Positions 1-8,786 of a stretch of DNA of 64,000 bases are shown piece by piece (positions within the stretch are counted from its first letter, which is position 1; the number at the start of each line of letters is the position of its first letter). This stretch comes from a virus. The notes beneath the pieces were generated by a model. It did no database searches. It was not told the origin of the DNA and saw only the letters and a list, made by a program, of their open reading frames with translations. Location of the stretch: positions 68,880 through 132,879 of the IMG/VR virus record IMGVR_UViG_3300035698_022389; one strand, given 5' to 3'. Made by a program: the position numbers and the translations under genes.

Positions 1-1
1 T

Positions 2-136
2 AATTTAAAACAACTCGCTGAAAGTCATTCAGAGAGTATAAATGCTTGTGGAGATGAAAGTTCTGGTCAGTGCGTTGCCCTTTGGGCAAGCAAGGACGAA
101 ACTATTATCTATGAAGCAAGAAATGGCCATTGTTAA
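2..136 (+). CDS. tnpB: 3' fragment of a probable IS200/IS605-family RNA-guided endonuclease TnpB (5' part outside the window)
   Basis: Frame +2 is open from the window edge: NLKQLAESHSESINACGDESSGQCVALWASKDETIIYEARNGHC*. The NL..LA.S..ES.NACG..SSG tail resembles what follows the RuvC-III DxNAAxNL motif in TnpB proteins, and it overlaps a structured right-end-like sequence. Catalytic residues are off-window, so activity cannot be judged. Not in the ORF track. Confidence 0.68.
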   Translation, partial: NLKQLAESHSESINACGDESSGQCVALWASKDETIIYEARNGHC

Positions 137-177
137 CCAGTAGGGTTAACTGTTCAAGTCCTTTATGACTAAAGTGG
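34..177 (+). ncRNA. Putative TnpB omegaRNA (reRNA): scaffold about 34-157 ending TTCAA, putative guide 158-177 GTCCTTTATGACTAAAGTGG
   Basis: Hairpins TTGCCC-TTT-GGGCAA and GTTAACC-AGTAG-GGTTAAC. Long-range pairing TGCTT(43-47)/AAGCA(114-118) and AGAT(52-55)/ATCT(107-110). TTCAA at 153-157 matches known IS200/IS605 right-end boundaries (TCAA). Conserved in a second copy at 63083-63226. Confidence 0.62.
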
Positions 178-184
178 TGGTGTT

Positions 185-1573
185 ATGGCTGAATTAATCA
201 CATTAGAGGGGGCTGTAGAAAGCTCTAAAGCAAAGGGGCCACAAAAAACAGGTGGTGAGGATAGGGCTTTGGTTTCAGCTATGGCCGTGAAAAACCCACC
301 AGCTCCATTAGCCTATCAGTATTTGAACGTGGGACCCGAGTTGTCTATTGAGATGGAAGACATTTCAACAGACCAGATTGATAATACTCGTCAAATGCTC
401 CGAAATCTGTCTCCTTTTGTTATTCAGATTGAACCACCAGCAGCTTTCCAGTCATATACTTCGGCTCCTAATGCAGCCAATAGCCCAAACATAGGCCTCT
501 ATGATATAGCTAACGGGACGGCATCCAGTTATCAGAAAGCTCGTGAGGCTTTGACTCAAGATTCGTTTTTATCGGGAATCTCCAGTAAACAAACATCAAT
601 GAATCCCGAAGAATTTTTAGCTTCTTCGGGATATAAAGCAGGCAAACTTATTGGGGATTTAAGGGATGTTACCCCTGATAATGCTGACTTATCTCCACGA
701 GGAAGACCTGCCCTACCTGATCTTTTGACAGTGATGGATATGCGTCTGCAAGTATCAAATATTCTTAACATCCCACCTCTGGTGTTGTTAATTAACCCAG
801 CATCTTTCCAGATTCAATACACTAAAATTCAGCAGTATCAAGACCGTAGCCGGTATGGGTACATCCTCCATACTTGGGGTGAAGATCAGGCCAAGGTTTC
901 ATTCACAGCAAAGTGTGGGGCTTTTATCTCTGGTGGGAGAGGTGTTCATGTTGCCAGCCGGAATGATTCCAAATCCTGGCAAAACATGCAGAACCTGATG
1001 AGGTTTTATAAAAATAATGGGTATATTTATGACACCATGGGTCGATCGAATGCACATCTCCATATAGGATCTTTGTCCATTCGATATGATGGCTTCATCT
1101 ATTATGGCAGTATGGAATCGTTCACGTTTGAATTGAACGAGGATAATGAGCTTGGTGGTGTAGAGTTTAACATTGAGTTCACGGCTAATGGGATTCAAGA
1201 TACGACTCCTGACACGAACATTGTTCAGCCTATGAGGGCACCTTTGCCAAGTATTGAAGATCAACGATACATGAATTCAGGTAAAAACAGACCTGGTGAG
1301 TATGCTTTCGGGATTGGGAGTGGCGGGGGCGCTCGTTTAACTACTCAGGGTCGAGAAGTTAGTGCCAGTGATGCTCTTGAGACGTTAATTCCCCATGATG
1401 GGGCCGGAGGGGCGGGAACTGAGCCTGCTGATCCCACGACCATTGGAATGACAGGTGGCATTGCTGACCAGTCAGTAGGAAGTCAGGCTTTCCGGAGCCC
1501 CAGTGATGTTGTAAGTGTAGATAAAGATGTAGAACAAGGTTCCGTCAACAGTGCAAAACCGTTTGGATTTTAA
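185..1573 (+). CDS. Virion structural protein, probable tail-tube initiator / baseplate hub-associated protein (462 aa)
   Basis: Central block PPLVLLINPASFQIQYTK...RSRYGYILHTWGEDQAKVSFTA resembles tube-fold initiator proteins of contractile tails. It lies directly upstream of the hub gene. Confidence 0.5.
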   Translation: MAELITLEGAVESSKAKGPQKTGGEDRALVSAMAVKNPPAPLAYQYLNVGPELSIEMEDISTDQIDNTRQMLRNLSPFVIQIEPPAAFQSYTSAPNAANSPNIGLYDIANGTASSYQKAREALTQDSFLSGISSKQTSMNPEEFLASSGYKAGKLIGDLRDVTPDNADLSPRGRPALPDLLTVMDMRLQVSNILNIPPLVLLINPASFQIQYTKIQQYQDRSRYGYILHTWGEDQAKVSFTAKCGAFISGGRGVHVASRNDSKSWQNMQNLMRFYKNNGYIYDTMGRSNAHLHIGSLSIRYDGFIYYGSMESFTFELNEDNELGGVEFNIEFTANGIQDTTPDTNIVQPMRAPLPSIEDQRYMNSGKNRPGEYAFGIGSGGGARLTTQGREVSASDALETLIPHDGAGGAGTEPADPTTIGMTGGIADQSVGSQAFRSPSDVVSVDKDVEQGSVNSAKPFGF

Positions 1574-1576
1574 GTA

Positions 1577-4500
1577 ATGGGTATCGAAAACAGACCTTTC
1601 GTAGGGACATGGCGGTTGAATCGTCAGCAGGTTGTCCAACATACTCCAGATTGCTTGGTGTATCTGAATGGTGACCTCTCTTTACCTGGGTGTGCTCGAT
1701 GCAACAGCAAGATTAATATACAGGAGTTCGTTACAGAGGTGTCTGTGGACGCAGGAACTGACCCTGGAGCCACTTCGGCATCCTTTACCTTGTCAGTACC
1801 CGTCCATCACCATGAATCGTTTGCAAGGGACGCTCAGTTCATTCTCAGGCCTGGATTAGAAGTTCATATTTACCAGCGTGGGTATTTTCCAGTTGAGGGT
1901 ATGTATTATCAGACTGATGCGGACACAATGCCTGCTTACCCATATTATCATGTTTTTCACGGAGTTGTCACTCAAGTAGGTGGAGCTTACAGTGCTGGTG
2001 TCCAGACGTTTTCTGTTCAGTGTGGCTCCATGTTGCATTTCTGGCAGTTCCAGCAGGTCAGCACAAATGCTTCTATTTTTGGTCAGCGTCCCGATAACAG
2101 TGGGAACAAAATATCATCTGTCGGGCATAATTATACAGGTCAACACCCATACGAAATCATTTGGCATATCCATAACGATTTCATTAGTGCTGCAGCAGGT
2201 GTTGGGTTTGCGTTGTCTTCTCAAACTAACATTGCAGCCATGTTTGGGGACAAAACTCTGTTTTCTTTGGCAGCTAAATACTGGGAAGAACGATTTAAAA
2301 CTTCCACTATTCGATTGAGGATGCATGGTGCAACTGGCCAGTTATTTAATGCTGCTCAAGCAGCCTTCTTGGGAAGAGCCTCCAGTAAAGAGCTTCTCAA
2401 ATTAACCAGGAGTCGGTTTAATCAATCCAATACAGGGTCGAAAAGTAATCCCGCTGTATGGAGTGATGCCCGAATTCGTGGGTCATGGACTCCTGACACC
2501 TTGGATGCCCTTCTCTATTTAGATAAAGCTTCAACCAGCAGCAAACCTGTTGATTTGAATGTCGTGGAAATGCAAGCTTTCATTACGGACATCGGGCAGT
2601 TTGGCCAATTCAATGAATTTGAGTCTACCTATGAAAGCAAGTTGGACATGGTTAATAAAGTCTGTGATGTCACAGGTTTTGAATTCTATCAGGATGTGGA
2701 TGGAGATTTTGTTTTTAAGCCCCCATTCTATAATCTCGATACTTCAGGTTCAAGAACCTATTGTATTGAAGACATTGATATCATCAATATCAGTTTTGAA
2801 GAAAAAGAACCTGAAGTCACGTATATGACGGCCAAAGGTGGGGCAGTTAAAAACGTCACTGGTGTAGGGGTTGAGAATGAATATGGTGTTCGTGGTCAAT
2901 ATGTAGATTATCGTTTAGTGGCTCAATACGGATGGCGACCAGGTGAGTTTGAAACTTCTTATTTCAATGATAAAGATGCCATGCAGCACGCAGCAGCCAA
3001 CAAACTTGACATAATGAATGCTCCTTCCAAGTCGGCTTCTGTAACGATCCCTCTCAGACCAGAAATTCGTCCTGGATATCCTGTATACATTCGATACTTG
3101 GATTGTTATTACTATTGCACGTCCATGTCACACAGTTACATGGCAGGTGGTCAATGTACAACGACTCTTCAGCTCATTGCTAAAAGAGCCAAGTTCTTTG
3201 CCCCTGGGGATGTTGATAAACCAAATGGAGGTATAAACGCTATCCATTTGGAGAATCCTGCTATGCCTCCTCGTCCTCTTCAAGTAGCAGATAACAGGGG
3301 CTATCCAACTTTAATGGGATTCCCTAACGTAGTAATGGGTCTTGACCCAAAGAAAGTAGACCCTCGGATATTGTTGCTTGGAGGTGGGGTGTTCGATGTA
3401 TCTATTCCTACAATGATTCCAGGGATTATTTTGATGGCATTAGATATGAACGTTATCAGGTTTGCAGATGGTGCAGATCAAGGGACTCTGTTTGAGATGC
3501 AGACTGGTGAAAGTACCGTCCAGAAATTTAAGTATGACCTTGACCAAGACTTACTTCCTCCGGGTACACACCCTCAGACATATTCAGATCAAAATGCCTT
3601 TGCAGATTTAGCTGCTGGGGTTGATGCGTATAAAGAACAGTTAGAGGATTTGGCTAATACCAAAAAGGTTCAGAAAAAGGCTCTTCGAAAAGCATCGAAT
3701 GCAGTAGTTAAAGCCTCAGCAGACTATAAGAAAATAGCTAATATAGAGGCAAACAAAACAAAACGGGTAACAGCCAGGGCTGAAATCAAAAAAGCTGAAA
3801 AAAAAGTAGCTGTTGTTAAAAACATTTTAGATCAATGTGACATCGCATTTGAAGCAAAACTTAGTAATATAGAGGACACGGAACCTGTAAAGATGCTTTA
3901 TTCTATTGTTCAGAATATGATGAGTATAAAAGATGGTTCTCGAAAAGATATCAACAGCACTAATTTTATTTTAGGGGTGTTGGCAGATAAGAAAGCTACT
4001 CGGACTAACGGTTCCTTGCCAGGTTCCTACCGATATTATTCCTCTTCTCATCCAAAGCCCCAACATCAAGGAATGGGTAGTTTGACCATTAACGTAACGG
4101 ATGAGGATAAATCTCATACTATAGTAGAAGAACCATTGGAAAATGGTCAGATAGAAGGGGAGGGTTTCCTTCCTGACGGTTCTCAAACTCCATTGAATAA
4201 AGCTGTGGATTCCAAGTTTGGGAAAATCTCTGTGACTAAAGGGATCAAAGTTTTGACAGGTCATCCAAATAAGAAGGGTGGTATTGTAGTTCCAACATCT
4301 GAAATTAGAGAGCTTATGTTTTCTCCCGTGGAATATAATATGACCAGTGTGAAGACCACGACAATTAATAAATCAAATCCAGGAGCTTTAGGGTCAAAGT
4401 TCTTTGCTAATTTAACCAGCAGTGCTGTGGTTGTAGCAAATGCAGCAACTAAAAGGATGACTTCAGAGGATGCCTTTTCGGCATGGCTCCAGACATTAAA

Positions 4501-5731
4501 TTCTAATTTGAGAGATGCAGCAGCAGGGGCTTCTTTGACATTGCCAATTCCTGGGGATATCTCGATGCCTTCAGTTAAACTAAAGTCAGAATCCATAAAA
4601 CCCAGTGATTCCCCACAGGATTTTAAACTGAGTGATTCCCCACAGGATGTTTTTGGGGCATCCGAAACTAGGGCATTTGCAGGCAGTGAAAGTATGACAG
4701 TTGATCAGTTTTGGAAAGCTGTGGCTAAAAGTTTAGGAAAAAGTGTTCAAAGTTCCGTGAATACTTGGGTAAAGACTTGGAGACAGGCAGCTTTAAAAGA
4801 GGAGCTTGAGGCTCAACAGAGTTTGGGGGTTATTTCTCAGTTTTTCTCTACACTTGCAAATGTTTATGGCCCCGTAGGTATAACAAAAATACAACGTACT
4901 AGTGGTAATAAAAATAAAAATATTAGTGTAAGCAGCCCAGTGTTTCCAGTGTCCGATGCCCGTGGTTATGAAGTTGTGGGTTCCTATCGATATGGCCGAG
5001 GTGTGGACATTGATGAAAATGGGGTGTTTTCCCAATTGGTATTAGATGGGCCATTAGAAAGTTTAGACATTGCCAGTGTAGATATTTTTGTGAATGGTCT
5101 CATGAGAAACAAAGCAACTGTTGAGTATGCCCAAACACAGGCATTATTACAAAGTCTGTCTAAAGCTCGGCCTGATGATGAAGCATTAGCTTCTATTCGG
5201 CAGAACGTCAGTAAAGTTGGTGACGAAGCATCAAAAACTCAAATGCTGACGGATGGTCTTCGGAACTGGTATACTACCAGTGTGAAAGATGGAGTGGCCA
5301 AAACAAAGATACAACTGACGAACGCAGCCTATTCCTTGGCTGATTTGACTCCGGAATCTTTACGAGTGTGTAATTGTAAAATGGCTGAGGCCAACATTAT
5401 TCTTGAAAGTGCTCAAGACCGTGAATTCATTCCCGTTATCGAAGGATTTATGGAGTTACAACAGGACGATCCGGTAACGGCCACCAATGCAAAAGCAACG
5501 GCAGCTGCGGGACAAAACTGGATTCTTCATCAGAAAGCACTTCGTGGTCAAGTTTTGGATAGAGACCCAGGTGATCTTGTGGAGTTTGTATCTAATTTGA
5601 ATGAAACTTTAGAGGCTGCTGACAGGGCCACCCAGCAAAAAACTGAAGAATTTGAGTCCTTTGTAGAAGAAGAAGCTAGAGAAGCCTCTGAAAATGTGGA
5701 CGATGCCTTTGGTGGAGATGGAGAAGTATAA
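1577..5731 (+). CDS. Baseplate hub protein (T4 gp27 / P2 gpD / VgrG-like) with long C-terminal extension (1384 aa)
   Basis: Motifs FEFYQDVDGDFVFKPPFYN and TIPLRPEIRPGYPVYI...YYCTSMSHSY...TTTLQL are typical of hub proteins. N-terminal CxxC (CARC) and a Lys/Ala-rich coiled coil near 3630-3860. TAATG overlap with the next gene. Confidence 0.62.
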   Translation: MGIENRPFVGTWRLNRQQVVQHTPDCLVYLNGDLSLPGCARCNSKINIQEFVTEVSVDAGTDPGATSASFTLSVPVHHHESFARDAQFILRPGLEVHIYQRGYFPVEGMYYQTDADTMPAYPYYHVFHGVVTQVGGAYSAGVQTFSVQCGSMLHFWQFQQVSTNASIFGQRPDNSGNKISSVGHNYTGQHPYEIIWHIHNDFISAAAGVGFALSSQTNIAAMFGDKTLFSLAAKYWEERFKTSTIRLRMHGATGQLFNAAQAAFLGRASSKELLKLTRSRFNQSNTGSKSNPAVWSDARIRGSWTPDTLDALLYLDKASTSSKPVDLNVVEMQAFITDIGQFGQFNEFESTYESKLDMVNKVCDVTGFEFYQDVDGDFVFKPPFYNLDTSGSRTYCIEDIDIINISFEEKEPEVTYMTAKGGAVKNVTGVGVENEYGVRGQYVDYRLVAQYGWRPGEFETSYFNDKDAMQHAAANKLDIMNAPSKSASVTIPLRPEIRPGYPVYIRYLDCYYYCTSMSHSYMAGGQCTTTLQLIAKRAKFFAPGDVDKPNGGINAIHLENPAMPPRPLQVADNRGYPTLMGFPNVVMGLDPKKVDPRILLLGGGVFDVSIPTMIPGIILMALDMNVIRFADGADQGTLFEMQTGESTVQKFKYDLDQDLLPPGTHPQTYSDQNAFADLAAGVDAYKEQLEDLANTKKVQKKALRKASNAVVKASADYKKIANIEANKTKRVTARAEIKKAEKKVAVVKNILDQCDIAFEAKLSNIEDTEPVKMLYSIVQNMMSIKDGSRKDINSTNFILGVLADKKATRTNGSLPGSYRYYSSSHPKPQHQGMGSLTINVTDEDKSHTIVEEPLENGQIEGEGFLPDGSQTPLNKAVDSKFGKISVTKGIKVLTGHPNKKGGIVVPTSEIRELMFSPVEYNMTSVKTTTINKSNPGALGSKFFANLTSSAVVVANAATKRMTSEDAFSAWLQTLNSNLRDAAAGASLTLPIPGDISMPSVKLKSESIKPSDSPQDFKLSDSPQDVFGASETRAFAGSESMTVDQFWKAVAKSLGKSVQSSVNTWVKTWRQAALKEELEAQQSLGVISQFFSTLANVYGPVGITKIQRTSGNKNKNISVSSPVFPVSDARGYEVVGSYRYGRGVDIDENGVFSQLVLDGPLESLDIASVDIFVNGLMRNKATVEYAQTQALLQSLSKARPDDEALASIRQNVSKVGDEASKTQMLTDGLRNWYTTSVKDGVAKTKIQLTNAAYSLADLTPESLRVCNCKMAEANIILESAQDREFIPVIEGFMELQQDDPVTATNAKATAAAGQNWILHQKALRGQVLDRDPGDLVEFVSNLNETLEAADRATQQKTEEFESFVEEEAREASENVDDAFGGDGEV
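4604..4648 (+). repeat. In-frame direct repeat, 18 bp at 27-nt period (AGTGATTCCCCACAGGAT; SDSPQD twice)
   Basis: Two perfect copies at 4604-4621 and 4631-4648. Confidence 0.9.
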
Positions 5732-8184
5732 TGGCAACTACAATCAATCCTCAATCTGGTTTGAATGGGGTAGGGACTGTACCGTGGGGACAATTGAAAT
5801 CCTCTACGGCATTTGCTGCCAAAAGTAAAAAAGATATGAACCCCGACACTAATTGGGGTTTGGGTACGGCAAGAGTAATCAATATCAATTATGTTGAGAT
5901 GTTTGTCACCCTCCGAACATTAACGGGTGCAGCTTCAACTTTTGATAGGGTTCCCGTTCCTTTAACGTTTCCAGGGGCAGGTACCCGTCATTTCTTCGGT
6001 GCTATGCCAGAAATAGGGGATGTGTGTGTCGTCGGGTGGATGCCCCCAGAGAGCATGTCTTCCAGTACGACAGGAACTCGCACACCAATCATTCTCTCGT
6101 GGTTGATACCTGGTGTCTGGCCAGGTCAGGATTGGGTGACGACATCCGATTTTGATCCCGATGAATATGACATCAATAACCCGAAGGACCAGCAAGCTCT
6201 CAGGGGAGTTTATTCCCAGATTCGGCACAAACTTAGGCATATACAACCAGGTAATATTGTAGCATCTTCTTCCCAAGGTTCTGATATGGTTCTGGATGAG
6301 GGTGTGACGTTGGCCAATCGCCGAGGAAACGAGATTCGTTTACGTGATGCTGATCAAGCTCTCGTGGTACGAAGTCTTCAGCAGTTCCATGCAATGGCTG
6401 GTACACGTATTTATGCTGGTATGGTTCAGCGTGATGCTAGACTTCTGCCTGCTATGTGTGTATCTGATGGCCGTGAATGGGACAGTAAAACCCAGGCTTT
6501 GGCAGGAGTAGCTATTGATGATTCTCATCTTTCTGCTGACTTGTTGGCAGGAGATGGCTTCTATACTCCATCCAAATTATTCCAACGGCGTCAATTGACT
6601 ACGGCTGAGGGTGATTTGGCAGGGCAGCCTTTCCCTGTTTCTTCATATTTGGATCCTTACAAGTTCCTTCAGAGAGGTGGGTTCATTGATGATGCTGGGT
6701 ACGTTCTCGATGCCAATCATATTCCTGCAGTCAGTGATGCAGTATATGGGGGAAAACCTTTCTTCAGGGTGGCCAATCAAGGTCTTCAGAATACCGTTAA
6801 TGAAATAGATACTCCAACGCTTACAGAATACCGTGTTGAATTGGCTCATACGTCTGATGGCCGTTTACCCGTCACAGAACAGACAGATATGTTTGATGCT
6901 GAAAGGTTATTGGAGACCAATCCTGATATTCCTGGGGCAATTTCCACAAATACGCCATTTATTGAATTTGTACTGGGTTCTGTGGTCGGTAATGATCCAT
7001 ATTCAACCAAAGGCCGTGAAGGTTATGGTTTGCCTGTTGTTCCTATCATTTTTGATGGGGAAACTCCTGCTCCCAGATTGGAACCTGCTAAAATTACAGA
7101 TGTAGCTGATGGCAGTACTCCCACTCCGATGAAAGATCAGGCAGCCATGCTATTCCGTATGGCTCCCCCGACGGCTGAACCGGCAGCACCAACTTTTTGG
7201 GCTGTGAATAAGCAAGGACAATATCGAGGATACATCGGTGGTGAAGCTAAAGAAGACTCCGTTCATTTATATGCTCAGGGTAATATGAAAATTGGTTCAG
7301 GGGGTAGGGTTGATATTTACTCACTGGGTGGTGTTCATTTTCATGCATCGGGAAAAGCCAGCATGGAACTGATGGCACCTGAAGGTGCTGTGACTATTTA
7401 CGGGGGTGGGCCAATTAAGACGGCTGAAACCACTGTAGAGCGGGCATCCGGTACGGGTGGTGGTGAAGGTGATGTTCCCTCAGTGGATATTGGGGCAAAG
7501 ACTAATATTCGGTTACAGGCTGAAAAGAAAATCCTTCTGAAAAGTAATAATCATGAAACTCAGGCCACTAATGTAAAAATTACTGGCCATGAGAAAGTTG
7601 AAATAAACGGTACGAAAACTATCAGTGAAACAACTGAAAACTACCAATTGTCGGTCAGTTCTCAAGCTTCAGAGTCTTATAGTGGGCCTAAATATTCATT
7701 ACCTACTAACTATCCATTACATGAACGGGTATATACAAGTCAGTACCCAGGTTTCACAGGTGAGAAAATCTCTTATCAGATGTGTGACAGGGAAGAAGAA
7801 TTCAAGATTCTTGGGAATCATTCCACAACTATGCAAGTTGGGGACATGACTTATGAGACACTCTTGGGTAAATGGTCAGCTACAGCTTTGGTAAATAGTT
7901 TTGAAGTGGATTCTACCTCTGGAATTACAGGCCAAGCCAAAATAGGAAACGTGGCTTTGAAAGCCTTGGTTGGGACTGCAACAGTTTCAGGGATGGCCAC
8001 GGCTACGTTGGAAGCAACAGCAGGCATAGCTACAGTTCGAGGTGGTGTTGGTGTTATATTGGCAGCACCAATTACAGGGCCTGATTCAGGTCCGATCATT
8101 TGTGCTGGTTCTTTAGAACCTTTTACTAATCTGCCCTTTGCCACTTGGGGTATGGGTGCTAAAATGCATAACGTAACGGCGTAA
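5731..8184 (+). CDS. Baseplate central spike (gp5/gpV-like: OB-fold plus beta-helix) (817 aa)
   Basis: N-terminal OB-fold signature RHFFGAMPEIGDVCVVGW, GNEIRLRD segment, and Gly/Thr/Val-rich beta-strand repeats in the C-terminal third. Position after the hub gene. Confidence 0.62.
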   Translation: MATTINPQSGLNGVGTVPWGQLKSSTAFAAKSKKDMNPDTNWGLGTARVININYVEMFVTLRTLTGAASTFDRVPVPLTFPGAGTRHFFGAMPEIGDVCVVGWMPPESMSSSTTGTRTPIILSWLIPGVWPGQDWVTTSDFDPDEYDINNPKDQQALRGVYSQIRHKLRHIQPGNIVASSSQGSDMVLDEGVTLANRRGNEIRLRDADQALVVRSLQQFHAMAGTRIYAGMVQRDARLLPAMCVSDGREWDSKTQALAGVAIDDSHLSADLLAGDGFYTPSKLFQRRQLTTAEGDLAGQPFPVSSYLDPYKFLQRGGFIDDAGYVLDANHIPAVSDAVYGGKPFFRVANQGLQNTVNEIDTPTLTEYRVELAHTSDGRLPVTEQTDMFDAERLLETNPDIPGAISTNTPFIEFVLGSVVGNDPYSTKGREGYGLPVVPIIFDGETPAPRLEPAKITDVADGSTPTPMKDQAAMLFRMAPPTAEPAAPTFWAVNKQGQYRGYIGGEAKEDSVHLYAQGNMKIGSGGRVDIYSLGGVHFHASGKASMELMAPEGAVTIYGGGPIKTAETTVERASGTGGGEGDVPSVDIGAKTNIRLQAEKKILLKSNNHETQATNVKITGHEKVEINGTKTISETTENYQLSVSSQASESYSGPKYSLPTNYPLHERVYTSQYPGFTGEKISYQMCDREEEFKILGNHSTTMQVGDMTYETLLGKWSATALVNSFEVDSTSGITGQAKIGNVALKALVGTATVSGMATATLEATAGIATVRGGVGVILAAPITGPDSGPIICAGSLEPFTNLPFATWGMGAKMHNVTA

Positions 8185-8186
8185 CG

Positions 8187-8786
8187 ATGATTAACCCAGG
8201 TGTTATAACAGCAGCATTGTTGGTAAATAGAACCGTAGGGGGTTTCCCTTTGGCAGGTATCAATTTTGATAGGTTGGCTTTGGGTATTGGGATAGCCGTG
8301 AGTGCTTGGGGGATAAACCAGCAACAGAATTTATCTTTGAGGGGTACTACGTCAGGTTTGGTTGGGGCTGGTGATATAGAATATTCAACAACGAAATTAA
8401 CAGTCCCTCCTAATATACCAATAATGCAGGCTGGTTTGATTGGGGCTGGTATGGTAGGACCCTTAGCCCCGTCTCTGGCTGTGGTTGTGGCAATGAGTAT
8501 ATCTCAGTCTTTCACGGCTTTTGGACAATACCGTGGTACTTCCTCGGGTGTTGGGGTTGGTTCTGATATTTCCAGTATGTCAGTTGCAAACCCCGTTACC
8601 TTGATTGCTATGTTGATGGCTAATCTGACTGTCACATTAGGCCCGGGTTTAGCAATGCCTATGCTGGCTACGGGATTAGGGATTGGGATAGCAGGTGTTT
8701 TAATATTTGGGACGGGCTCGGGTGCAGTGAGTGGTGCAAGTGGGCCAAGTCCTGGTGGTGGAACTTCTCAATCGACGGTGGTATAA
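8187..8786 (+). CDS. Small, very hydrophobic Gly/Ala-rich virion-associated protein (199 aa)
   Basis: Intact ORF between spike and giant gene, with very few charged residues and several GxxxG-like stretches. Confidence 0.55.
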   Translation: MINPGVITAALLVNRTVGGFPLAGINFDRLALGIGIAVSAWGINQQQNLSLRGTTSGLVGAGDIEYSTTKLTVPPNIPIMQAGLIGAGMVGPLAPSLAVVVAMSISQSFTAFGQYRGTSSGVGVGSDISSMSVANPVTLIAMLMANLTVTLGPGLAMPMLATGLGIGIAGVLIFGTGSGAVSGASGPSPGGGTSQSTVV

